Shown here in pieces: positions 48,444 through 64,000 of a stretch of 64,000 nt of DNA. Source of the stretch: Macrostomum lignano. Taxonomy: Eukaryota. The DNA lies in the NCBI GenBank assembly GCA_002269645.1, contig NIVC01000344.1, positions 248,001 to 312,000 on the forward strand, written 5' to 3'. The notes beneath the pieces were generated by a model that saw only the letters and a program-made list of their open reading frames with translations, did no database searches and was not told the DNA's origin. Position 1 is the first letter of the stretch. Every line of letters begins with the position of its first letter. Position numbers and translations under genes: made by a program.

Positions 48444-48942
48444 CATCGAAGGCCTCGTTAATGCTCTGCATTCGCCGCCGCTCCCGCATGTTGGCCGCCT
48501 GCCTCTGGTGCGCCTGCTGGTGCGAATTCAGCTTCCGCTTCCGCTTCTTGGCGGCGGCAGAAGCTCCGGCACCGGCACCGCCGGCCGCCGAGGTGGACGC
48601 CATCGAGGAGGACGCCATGGACATTGAGGCATCGTCGAAGTCTTCATCAAAGCAGTCGTCTTCGTCATCCTCGCCGGCCGTGCCGACGCCGTCATTACCG
48701 CCGTTGCCGACTGTGGCAACCAGGGAGTCGTCGGTTGAAGCGTCCGACGAAGCCAGGAGCAGCTGGTGCTGCGTAGGGTGAACCGGCTGCAGCTGCTGCT
48801 GGTGCTGTAGGAGCTGGTGCTGCAGCTGGTGCTGAAGCTGGTGCTGAAGCTGGTGCTGCAGCTGGTGCTGGTGAAACATCTCAGCTTTATTGAGAATCCT
48901 GTTTCCTGCAGCCGAGAAAATTAGTTGCTTGGCAGCTGCCAT
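48444..48942 (-). CDS. Ptf1a: Ptf1a/Fer1, exon 1 (polyQH, acidic region, basic helix 1)
   Basis: HQRQAANMRERRRMQSINEAFDG then GTGAGT donor (phase 1). The start ATG is either 48942 or 48879. Confidence 0.9.
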
Positions 48943-49236
48943 GCGATCGCGTTTTATCCCGATTATGCACCGCCGGAATGCCAACCAGTCTGACCGGATT
49001 GGGCGAGTCCAAACTCTCAACGAAGCCGGCCCAGCCAATAGGAGAGGACCGTTCGTTTCTTGGTGAGAAAATGGCTATTAGTAGTATGCGACGCGTATGG
49101 TTTTTCAAGGGACTATCAAAACAAATTAAAACTTATTTATAGTTGATTGCTATACTCATCGAAATATCGGCTGATCACTTGGAGAGTGCTTCAGCTAGCA
49201 GTCGGTCTTTAATTGATCGCTCAGGCAAAGCGGAAC

Positions 49237-49255
49237 CAGTTGTCACTCTCCCACG
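49237..49255 (+). promoter_or_regulatory. Candidate PTF1-type composite site (E-box + 4 nt + TC-box) upstream of Ptf1a
   Basis: CAGTTG-TCAC-TCTCCCACG has the spacing of E-box-N4-TTTCCC PTF1 sites, but both halves are variants. Confidence 0.3.
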
Positions 49256-49367
49256 CTGGAGGAATCTTCCCGAGAGCTCAGCTATCTGAGCAGGCAATCG
49301 ATTACTGAGCCGTCTTTGCTTTCAGTCGGATCTGTTCGGAAAGCGTTCCGCTTCTGCGATCTATCAA

Positions 49368-49606
<239 letters not shown>

Positions 49607-50097
49607 ATTGATTTCTAACCTGATTGTCTCAAGTAATTCAGTAAAGGCGTAAGTTGCCCTATTTTTAGATACGAAAAATTGAGTTTGTAGGCAAATACTA
49701 GTCTTACTACTCTCCAATGGTAGCGCCATACGTTTGTAATGAATATAATTTTTTTAATGAATTATGGCTTGCAAACAGATTTTTCCACTAAATAATTGAG
49801 TAACGTAAGAAAATTAAGTGTGGGGAATTATTTTATTGTATTTTTTTCGTTAATTTTTTTGTTAACAGGACAAATGGCAATTTTGATAAATATTAACTCC
49901 AAACTGCTCTTCAATACCTCTATAATTTGTGCTGTAGGCTAATCTGTTCATCTACGGTATATTGAATGCGGCTGTCTGTTTGTCTTATCTATCTATCAGT
50001 AGTCTATCTATGGTTATATATATGCTCATCTATCTACTGATCAGTCTGCATGTCTATCTACGAACTACTGAAAAATTCTATTGATATATACGCTCAA

Positions 50098-50325
50098 AAA
50101 TATCTATCTACCCATGGATATTAATATCTGTGTACCCATGGATATAAATATCTATCTACCCATGGATATAAATATCTATCTGCCCATGGATATAAATATC
50201 TGTGTACCCATGGATATAGATATCTATCTACCCATGGATATAAATGTCTATCTACCCATGCATATAAATATCTATCTACCCATGGATATAAATATCTATC
50301 TACCCACAGATGTAAATATCTATCC
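50098..50325. repeat. 24-bp minisatellite
   Basis: Unit ATCTATCTACCCATGGATATAAAT. Confidence 0.9.
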
Positions 50326-51199
50326 ATCAACACCCGGTGGTCTACATATCGATCTAGCTATCAATCGGCTTTAATATCTACTAATTAAAAGTTTCTTTTC
50401 TCCATTATTAACTATCATTAACATTAATATCTACCTATACGTATCGATCTGTGTCTTCTTCTATCTTTTATCTACATATCCGTCTACCTATCTATATACC
50501 AGTCTGAAAAACAGATTAGTCAGCCCCATTAGCACAATCCACTCCAGGCATCCAGCATCCAAGCACAAAACCAGCTTCCCGAGGCAACGCTTCATCAATC
50601 CATGCCGCCTCCGCTCCATGCAAGCCCCCCCCCCCCTATACCAGTGGAGCGAGACCAGCCTTCGTCTCAATGGCATTCCGAAAGAGGAGCTATTGAAGCT
50701 GAAATGCAGCCTCATGCCTCATCATCCTCGATCCCCTGCCACGGGGATCACACGGATGGATCAGCAACAGCATTTTCCAAGTCGCCCCCACTGACAGGTT
50801 TTCGTTGAATTTTTAATTGATTAAAAAAACAACAGAGTGAAAGCTGCAGATATTGACAGCAGCAAGCGCCCACCTTGAAATCCACCTTGCTATCCCCTCA
50901 ATATTCCAGATTTTTCGCTGCCTTTCTCTCTTTGTTAATTTTTAAATTGCGCGTTAGTTCAAAATTGGGACTGCTAAAAAATTTAATCAAAGGGATTGCA
51001 TTGCTGGCAAAAGCTTTTGAGTCACATCTCACTGTCCCGTCTTTGTGCCCATTTATCTTCCGTTTCATTGATCTTCCTGATTGGGAGTGAGAGTGAGCTA
51101 GTGAGAAGCACTCGCGTGAACAGAAAAACAACAAATTATAACGTTGGAAAATTAAAACAAAATATATTTCGTCAGCTGAATTAGTTTGCTTTTCTAGCA

Positions 51200-51835
51200 A
51201 GACTTCTAGAAAATAGGACTGTGGGTGCATGACCAGAATTCTAGGAAATAGGACTGTGGGTGCATGACCAGAATTCTAGGAAATAGGACTGTGGGTGCAT
51301 GGCCAGAATTATAGAAAATAGGACTGTGGGTGCATGACCAGAATTCTAGGAAATAGGACTGCGGGTCCATGACCAGAACTCTAGGAAATAGGACTGCGGG
51401 TCCATGACCAGAATTCTAGGGAATAGGACTGCGTGTGTCAGCATTCTAGGAAAAATGACTGTGTGTGTCAGTATTCTAGGAAATATGACTGTGTGTGTCA
51501 TCATTCTAGGAAAAATGACTGTGTCTGTCAGTATTCTAGGAAATATGATTGTGCATAGTCCGATTCTAGGAAATATGACTGTGTCTGTCAGTATTCTAGG
51601 AAATAGGACTGTGTCTGTCAGTATTCTAGGAAATATGACTGTGTCTGTCAGTATTCTAGGAAATAGGACGGTGTCTGTCAGTATTCTAGGAAATATGACT
51701 GTGTCTGTCAGTATTCTAGGAAATAGGACGGTGTCTGTCAGTATTCTAGGAAAAATGACTGTGTCTGTCAGTATTCTAGGAAATAGGACTGTGTCTGTCA
51801 GTATTCTAGGAAATATCATTGTGCATAGTCCGATT
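51200..51835. repeat. Compound 35-bp then 30-bp minisatellite carrying TTCTAGGAA
   Basis: Units GACCAGAATTCTAGGAAATAGGACTGTGGGTGCAT and GTATTCTAGGAAATAGGACTGTGTCTGTCA. Confidence 0.94.
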
Positions 51836-52195
51836 CTATTAAATAGGCTGCTTTAGCAAAATTCTTAGAAATGCCAGAGTCGAACTTGTGTATCCGCCTG
51901 CTATAAGTTATATAAACTCACAGAGCTACGAGTTTATATACACGTAGTTTCAGGAAAAATTGTGAAATAAGTCTAGCTATATATCTTTCAGCATTTTCCC
52001 GAAAATGTGAAAAGCCTTCGACAAAAGCTCAAAGACCCCGACCATCACTAGATAGAATCCTTGAATTTCTATAGGAATTTCTGCCGAAACAGAATAAAAT
52101 TTTCTAAAGCAATACAGCGGGGACAAAGGCATTTGTTGACAGACAAAACACTGAGAAGTGAGCCGGCCGCCAATTACTCATAATCAATACAACCA

Positions 52196-54362
<2,167 letters not shown>

Positions 54363-55309
54363 ACTGGACTTTGACTCGCTGAAAATATACGGACATTGTA
54401 AGCCATTCTAGCCCTACTCACAGTCATTGTTTTTCACTTTTGCGCTGTACACCCAAACAAAGCCAACAACAGCTTATGCAAACCTTTTTTCTCTCTGCCT
54501 CTTCCTCCCTGGTTGCGCAGGTGATGGAGCTACCTATACTGGAAGCTCTTCCCCTCCTCTTCTCTCTCTCTACGGGTCGATACGCACTCTGAGCCATCAT
54601 TTCTTCTCAGTGTATTGTGTCAATCGATACCCAGTGTATTGGGAGTTCTGTAGCAGCTTATGCTAACCCAGAGAGCAGATGAGGCAAGAGAGACTGGGAG
54701 AGGGAGGAGAGAGACATTTGTATCTCCACGGTTGCCGGTGATGAAGCAACTTTGTTTCACCGACGTTAAACAAAGCAAATAATGAGCTGGATCAGTGCAT
54801 TTCTGCCCCTCTGATGAGCGGAAAGGCTTTACTTAGTTTGCAGTGTGGCCACTGGCCACTGCCCCGTATGCGCAGATGGTCTAATTATAATCTTCTAATT
54901 AGACCATTTCCTGGAAACTTACTTAGGGTTTAGCCTTCGTTGCAATCATCTAAGCTTTCATCTGGATTAGCACGACCAATGTGTACCCTGTCTCATCCTC
55001 TCTTCCTTCTCCCTGTATACTTACCTTGCATCTGTAAGTGTCCAAGGATCTTTATTTTACCTATACAACCGGAGTACTCGCAACATCTGCAGTCCTTTAT
55101 AATAATCCATTTTATGAGTATAATTTATATATATATTAACTCAATCAGGACAAATGGGGGACAGATGGGGAAAGGTAGAGTTAGAAATGAGAGAGAAAGG
55201 GATTAAAATGGATAGTAGGCAGTGAGTAGGGGGAGAGTAGGCGGAGAGTAGGCAGTAAGGGAGTAGAGGGGGGATAGAGAGTACAGATACAGTGAGACGG
55301 TTGTGGAGA

Positions 55310-56665
<1,356 letters not shown>

Positions 56666-57594
56666 AGCAGTGAGGAAAGGAGAGAATGAGGAGGCAGAGA
56701 GGCAGACAGATGGAGTCCCAGCAGCCCCGAGTCTTGTGCTGAGCCAGTTTGAAATCAATGAAATTCGAACTCCCGACTCAGAGCATTCAGGTCCAAGAGC
56801 TCAGAGGGAGGCGTTCAAAAATAAACCCAAACATCTAGCTTAAAATTCGACGACATTTCAAATTTAGTCATCTCAAACGTGCCGGGGATTAAAGCCTCAA
56901 CACCCATGTCTAGTCTCAACTGATTCACTCACTCACTGTGAATGCGATAATTAGCCATCATCTTGCTCACAATCACAATATATTGCAGTTTCTCAGTTTT
57001 CCATTTTTCGAGTTTCCGCCTTCTGGACAGCGCTTCTTTCTCAAGTTAAAGCTTTTTTACAACAACACACTTCTCTCAAATCCTCCCCGCCCATCTGCCG
57101 CGGATTCCCCAGTCCTTGTTTGCAGTTTCTCCAGCAAAGCAGAGCCGCCAACCTTCCCCCCCTCAGTTCCGTTCCGCGTGACCTCTTTGCTATTCTCTCA
57201 GCGTTTGCTTTTCTGCCTTTTCTCTCCATCCACCTCCTCTGCTGCTGCTGCTCCAGACAGACTTTCTCCCTTCAGCAAAAGCCACGGGCAGAGAGGGGGG
57301 CAAAGGGAGGGCGACATGAATGCGGTCACAAAATTTTCTGCTTTGAATTACAGAGCTGCTTCTGCTGCTGCTGCTACTGCGCACCAATTTGTGAGAACTT
57401 CTGGCTGAGGCCCGGGAGGGGGGGTGCGGTGGGACTCTGCAGGTGTTTTACCGGCTGCATCGCACTGGCGGAGGAAGCAGATTCAATGAAGCAGGCAATG
57501 GCTAATGGGACAGACAGGCAAATTCTAGACAGAGGCTGACAGGGCCACGGACGACATTTCTTGTCATTAGATCTTGACCTGATGTTTGCTGCCT

Positions 57595-57903
<309 letters not shown>

Positions 57904-60864
57904 TTTTTTCTGCTTGCTTTCTTTGCCTTTTCTTTTTTCGAACACCAAAGTCCCGAGTTCGAATTCAGTTTTCTAATTGACCTTGGAAGTTTCTAAGAAA
58001 AATGGATGACCCTACTAAAGCAAATCCAGGCAAAGTCATTGGAATGTTGCAGTCAATCGATAATCCGATAATCCGAACTCTGAAATGTCTGTACACTAAA
58101 CCAATTGCCTTCTAATCAGCAGAAGCAGAACATGAGTGCATGGGCGCAGTTAAAGAGCAGGTGGATTATTAGATTAAGCCATATGCAATTATTCTCTTGC
58201 TCTAAGCCATATTGTGGCAGTGTAGCTCTCCGTCTCTCTCTTTCTCACTACGAGTTGTGCGTTACTGCAGTTCTGAAATTGTATTGCAAGTGAGTCATGG
58301 TAACAAACCTTCACAATGAGGGTAGGATTGGGTGTAGAGAGGAGAGAGAGAGAGAGAGGGCACAGCTGCACGCCTTCATCTACCCTCTGAATCCCTCTGC
58401 TCAAACCCGAGCCTTTTCCAGAGCTGCTGCACTGCCCGCGCCTCACCTCCGACTCCTAATGCAGCTTGCAGCATCCCCAGCTGCATCGCGACTCAACCTC
58501 AAACCTCTTTGAATTATTAATCCTGCTGAGCCACTGGGACGCGCCCAGAGGCCGCTTCAGTTTTTCTTTCCGATTTTTTTCTGTTGGGAAGGGGGGAGGG
58601 GGTTTGGGGGACTGGGATTTGGGATGCGGGCTTCAGGCTTCATCCCCTGCCTTCCATCCCGTTGAGTTCAGCTAGCCAGCCTCATGCTCAAACCTTTCAC
58701 ACCTGTCCGTTTCCTATTGGCTCGCTGGGCCCCCACCTGAGATCCTGGCCTCTTCCCCTCATAGCTCTCTGTCAGTTTGGTCCCATGGCCCTGCGATGCC
58801 CCTGCAGGCCGCCCGTCTCGCATCTGCCTGCCCCATCCAAGGGGGATGCGAAGCATTGGAGAGGGCTGGAATGGTTTAGGGCCGAGGGGTAGGAAGTGAG
58901 GGACGAGAAAAGGATTTGGGGAGGAGGAAGTGGGGGAGACCGGCTGCTCAGGAGTGGGGGTGGGGCGGTTCTGTCGGAAGGGGATTAAGATGAGGCCGCG
59001 CCAGTCTTCCCAGCCTCTCCTCTCCGCTTCTCCCGCCTCGCTGCTCCCTGACTCTCTTCCCGACCGCCGCTTGCAGTTGCAATTCTTAGTCTTCGCTTCT
59101 CTGCTCGTTCCCCCTTCTTCTTCTCGCTCCTTCTGTGTGCGCGCGAGTTTGCCAAAAAAGAGTGGAGAGAGAGAGGATGGATATTTCTCCCTGCGAGAGC
59201 TGGACGAGGCTTGCTCGCTGTCCTCGGCGCGTTAACCAGCCTCCGGAGCTTCCCCATCCTCGCCTCCGTGCTCGCACAGGGTGTATACTAGCTAGAACTC
59301 CCCAGCGCACTCTGCTGTCCGCTACAACCCTGTCCAGCTCGCTTCTCCCTTTTGCCTTTCTATAGATCCCCTCCAGGAGAGTTTTATCTTCACAGTGAAC
59401 CGACCAACCTAGCGCGGCAGTTGCTGACTCCCTCCAGTCTCGGATGATTCCAGCCGGTAAGAGCACTTTCTATGAAGCAGACTCGGCAGCCGCAGAAATG
59501 CCGGCCTGGAAGACTAGTGATTTGTTGTCGCGAACTGCACTGTCGATGCGACTGGAGCCAATCAATTAGCAGGCCATTGACGGGCGAATTCCATAGAACC
59601 CAGGACCATCCCGTATTGCAGAGAGATTCCAAGCTTGCTTGACTGCAACAATGGATCATCTCCCTGACTTGATTGGGATGGTTAACTGAGAGGCTTATGG
59701 AATTGGCCATTGAATTTGTCTTAGTCTGCTATAAACATGACTCCGTGTTTGCATTTGATGCACCTGGCAACTGATCACAGCCTTCCACGCCGCGGGCCGT
59801 TGCGCATCACAGATTTTTTTGATTAAAATCGTTTCGTGTTTTCAAATACACAACAACTTATTTTAGTCTGTGTGATTAACAACAGCTTGTTTAATCCAAT
59901 CGCTTTGGTTTGTTTTCATTCTCTAATTTTCATGTTCAATTTCTCTCGAAATATGAATGAAGACTATAAAAATTGATTAAAACAAGCAAAATAAACCTAG
60001 GATGCTCTACTGAAAGTAACAAGCCAAGTTTCGTATAGAAAAATTATCGTATTTAATTTAATTTATTTAAAACCGGAAAGTATGGTAACTAATGAAACAA
60101 ATACACTTGGCCAGGTTATTTTCACTACATATCGGCCGGCAAAAATGTGTTGATTAATAACTGGTTAATTCGAGCATCGTACTCGGTGTCGATACTTTTC
60201 CAAGACAATATTCGACATAACTACTAGTGCAAATAAGTACTATAACGGAAATCAGACAATAGAAATTAAATATTGCAAAAAATGCTTACAAAAAATTTAA
60301 ATTTTAATAAAGAAATCAGAATATATAATTGCACACTGCCGAAGTACTAGCTGTAACGCACGCGACACGGTAGTCCCGCAGTCCGTTACGCCAAAGTGGA
60401 ACTTTGCTTCTATTTTTAATAATGGCGTCACAATTGAAATTTGAAAATAGTCGGCGCACACTACTACTGAATGTAGCAACGCGTGCAAAGTCCAGATTTC
60501 GATCTGTATAAATTCGAGAAGCACGTGATCCTTGTCAAGGCGAGAAAACAAAACAAATTTATTTATAACTTGCTGATAAAAATTAAGTGGCGGATAAGCT
60601 TTAGTTAACCTGCGCGAAGGTGCAATCGTGCGCATTAGAATTCGAATCTAAAGTGTGCTACGATTGGCATACGTTTTCAGCCATGCGTACCTATTCAGAC
60701 ATGAAGTCATTATTAGTCTGTGTTTGCGAAGAGTGATGAAGATGCAGCAAGCTGTGTCTAATTTTAGATCTGCGCTTTAAAAAATGTGCCGTCACGACTG
60801 CTGTGGACAATAACAAAGTTTTATATTTTTAACCCTCATTTATTTTGCGCTAGGCGCTAGGTTG

Positions 60865-61552
60865 TACGACACCGGGGAACATGAGACACCTGGGAATGAG
60901 ACACCTGCGGAATGAGACACCCGGGAATGAGACACCCGGGAATGAGACACCCGGGAATGAGACATCTGGGAATGAGACACCCGGGAATGAGAGACACAGG
61001 AAAATGAGACACCGGGGAGTGAGACACCAGGGAGTGAGACACCGGGAGTGAGACACCAGGGAGTGAGACACCAGGGAGTGAGACACCAGGGAGTGAGACA
61101 CCAGGGAGTGAGACACCAGGGAATGAGACACCAGGGAGTGAGACACCAGGGAGTGAGACACCAGGGAATGAGACACCAGGGAGTGAGACACCAGGGAGTA
61201 AGACACCAGGGAGTGAGACACAGGGGAGTAAGACACCAGGGAGTGAGACACCGAGGAGTAATACACAGGGGAGTAAGACACAGGGGAGTAAGACACCAGG
61301 GAGTAAGACACAGGGGAGTAAGACACCAAGGAGTGAGAAATAGGGGAATGAGAGAGACACCGGGGAGTAAGACACCGGGGAGTAAGACACCAGGGAGTGA
61401 GACAACAGGGGATGAGAGAGACACCGGGGAGTAAGACACAGTGGAGTAAGACGCCAGGGAGTGAGACACCCTGTGTAGTGAGAGAACCTGGGGAATAAGA
61501 CACCAGGGAATAAGACACGGGGGGATGAAACACCGGGGAATGAGAGACAGCA
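60865..61552. repeat. 15-bp minisatellite
   Basis: Unit GAGACACCAGGGAGT. Confidence 0.94.
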
Positions 61553-62079
61553 TGTAATGAGAAATGAGGTTTGATTATATTTTTAATTTTCTCAATGCAA
61601 GCAGCAGCAGCAGCCACAGCCAGTCACTGAATCATATCTGCGAACATTGCCTTTGTTTCAGAAATCTCTCTTTAGCAAAGAGGAACCAAAAGCGATATGA
61701 AATATGAATATTTGTCTTTGCTTTCCTTCCTTTCTGTCCAGGCCGCTTCTTGTGGGTGTGCAACTATGACTAACTACCTGACCTGGCGATACACGGGGTG
61801 AATCACCCCCGGTCTGTCGCATGCCCCCCCCCACCGCCAACCCCCTCTCAATCCTTACCCCCGAGATGCCTCGATAACATTTGAATCATCAACGACGAGT
61901 TTTACTTTTGGTAATTAAAACGTATTACACGTAAATGTTATACACTTCTGAGTGAATTCGGCTTCATATTTTAATTGATAGTAATTGATAGTAATTGATT
62001 TAATTTTTCTGCAGACTGCAGCTGATTGAACTTTAAGTAGCATATAGCGATGCTTTGTCAGTAAGAGCGCCATTCTACC

Positions 62080-62635
62080 GTTTTTTGGGCGCCATTCTAC
62101 TGTATTTGAGGGCGCCATTCTACCGTATTTTGGGGCGCCATTCTACTGTATTTGAGGGCGCCATTCTACTGTATTCAAGGGCGCTATTCTACTGTATTTG
62201 AGGGCGCCATTCTACTGCATTTGAGGACGCTATTCTACCGTATTTAAGGGCGCCATTCTACTGTATTCAAGGGCGCCATTCTACTGCATTTGAGGACGCT
62301 ATTCTACCGTATTTAAGGGCGCCATTCTACTGTATTTGAGGGCCCCATTCTACTGTATTCAAGGGCGCCATTCTACTGTATTTGAGGGCGCCATTTTACT
62401 GTATTTGAGGGCGCCATTCTACTGTATTTGAGGGCGCCATTCTACTGTATTTGAGGGCGCCATTCTACTCGTACTGTATTCAAGGGCGCCATTCTACCGT
62501 ATTTTGGGGCGCCATTCTACTTTTTTTGAGGGCCGTCACTCTACTCTTATTTGAGGGCACATTCTACTCATTTTGGGGGCGCCATTCTACTCATTTTGGG
62601 GGCGCTATTCTACTCATTTTGGGGGCGCCATTCTT
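62080..62635. repeat. 23-bp minisatellite
   Basis: Unit AGGGCGCCATTCTACTGTATTTG. Confidence 0.93.
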
Positions 62636-63613
62636 CTCTATTTCGGGGAAATTTCTCTTTTTAAAAACGTAGCTATACATATACATGTATCTTTCGGCCA
62701 AAGTGCTTTTTCGCAGTGACAATCATAATTTAAAAATGAATGCCATTTAAAAGCTTAATTAATAATTATTGAGAATATTGGAAGCTCGAGCATTAGTGAA
62801 TGCTGAGTAGCGAGCTCGGTTCGATAATGACTCACTGCAGACTCAAGGGGGGGAGAAAGCAGCGCGGATAAGAAAGAGGTTTGTCCGCGGAATGACAAAG
62901 TCATTCACTGACTCACAGCTTATCAAGATGATGGAGGCTGGACTGTAAAAGTTATTTTCGATATCTCCATGGGCTTAGTTCCCAATTTCGTACCAAGCCC
63001 CCCCCCCGAATCAGCATGTCAAATACTTCCTTATCATTTCACATTGAACCTGCATGATAATTGTCCTACTTTGTATAGTTATTGTATAAAACTCTTCGTC
63101 GCTGATAGTAGTGTAGCTAGCAAAATTTTGCGCTTGAATTAGTTTTCAAAAAATATTGGCCACAATGAAATAACGAAGAAAGAAATTAATTAAATTCTTA
63201 AGGATTAACTTGTTTATTCTTTACACTTAACAATTGAAGCAAATGCAATGTTCAGTCTGTGAGCAATACACAACGCACTACTACAATGTTAATAATGCTT
63301 AAATTGTTGATTTGAGACAGTTAAAAGTCTGCTCGGGACACATTAGAATTGGATTAATTTAATCTGTGAATTTTCTCAATCAGTAGTTACTTATATTAAA
63401 GGGCGAACGCGAGGTAGCCAGAATCCCGAATATAGAATGAATGGTTTGGTTTGCATAGTTCTCTGTCAGTAGTAAATATAACGAACGTTTTTTTACAGTT
63501 ACAAATTGCACAGAGGCTGATTATATTTACAATAAGCATTCTACTTCTTCAAGTACGGCCGGAGAATTCTCGTAGTTTGAGTTTATCGTTTGAGTTCAAT
63601 TTGATTTTGTGCC

Positions 63614-64000
63614 CTAGGATGAGCAGGTCAGGTAGGGCAGCGCTTGGGATTCGAGGAATGACGCTTGCAGAGAGCCAAGGAGCTGTTGCTGTTGCTGCTG
63701 CGACGACTCGGTCTCATCACTGTGCACCTTTGCTTGTTTTGGCAAGGAAGGTGCCGACACAGCGATAGCAGATTGCTGCTCCTGCTGTTGCTGCTGAAAC
63801 TCGATACTCGAGCTGGCCCGCTTCCCTAGACTCGAGCTGGAGTTATCGGTAGCTGATACCGGATGCTGATTGCTAACAGAAGTGGCATTAACAGTCTCCA
63901 ATCGTGCTTCAGTTAGTTGCCGGGCTCGCTGCTGCAGAATGCCGGTCCTGGCCTTGAAAATCACGTTGGCAATAAGCAGATTCCGGCGCAGATCGATGCC
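63614..64000 (-). CDS. IER/SERTA-like protein, 5'-truncated at the window edge
   Basis: The frame is open from 64000: GIDLRRNLLIANVIFKAR resembles the IER N-terminal helix (GIKLHKNLLVSYVLRNAR) and SERTA (LRRSVLIAN). PolyQ/Ser-rich middle; stop at 63616-63614. Confidence 0.55.
   Translation of the reverse strand, partial: GIDLRRNLLIANVIFKARTGILQQRARQLTEARLETVNATSVSNQHPVSATDNSSSSLGKRASSSIEFQQQQQEQQSAIAVSAPSLPKQAKVHSDETESSQQQQQQLLGSLQASFLESQALPYLTCSS

Noticed and set aside
50602-50808. 68-aa Pro/Ser-rich ORF upstream of Ptf1a
   Set aside because: No motif, no convincing splice partners, and too short to support.
54808-54830. CTGATGA...GAAA hammerhead-like core (also CTGATGA near 30176)
   Set aside because: No stem II closing pair or flanking stems I and III can be formed.

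Overview
Eukaryotic (animal) genomic DNA, repeat-rich, with GC-rich exons and minisatellite-filled introns. The style resembles the flatworm Macrostomum, but that is an inference. Four host genes could be reconstructed by hand. (1) A Gab/daughter-of-sevenless PH-domain docking protein (+, 4 exons, 4982-12853, about 601 aa). (2) A membrane-anchored CLCA-family protein (+, 10 exons, 18236-26907, about 909 aa). (3) A Ptf1a/Fer1 bHLH factor (-, 3 exons, about 48942-28553) whose last exon carries both RBPJ-binding motifs behind an apparent 1-bp frameshift. (4) A 5'-truncated IER/SERTA-like ORF at the right edge (-). Ptf1a intron 2 holds a full-length, nearly intact LOA-like non-LTR retrotransposon (33783-39529; ORF1, APE-RT-RNaseH-CCHC) inserted with a 12-bp TSD into a 35-bp minisatellite. 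Its first base is the G1 of a complete HDV-like ribozyme fold, and a strong splice acceptor sits directly before the ORF1 ATG. Also present: a tRNA-headed CORE-SINE, hAT-like and TA-flanked MITEs, Tc1/mariner and LINE relics, and over 35 distinct tandem arrays. Some arrays multiply 5' splice-site hexamers or STAT-type sites. Most long ORFs in the supplied track are repeat artefacts.
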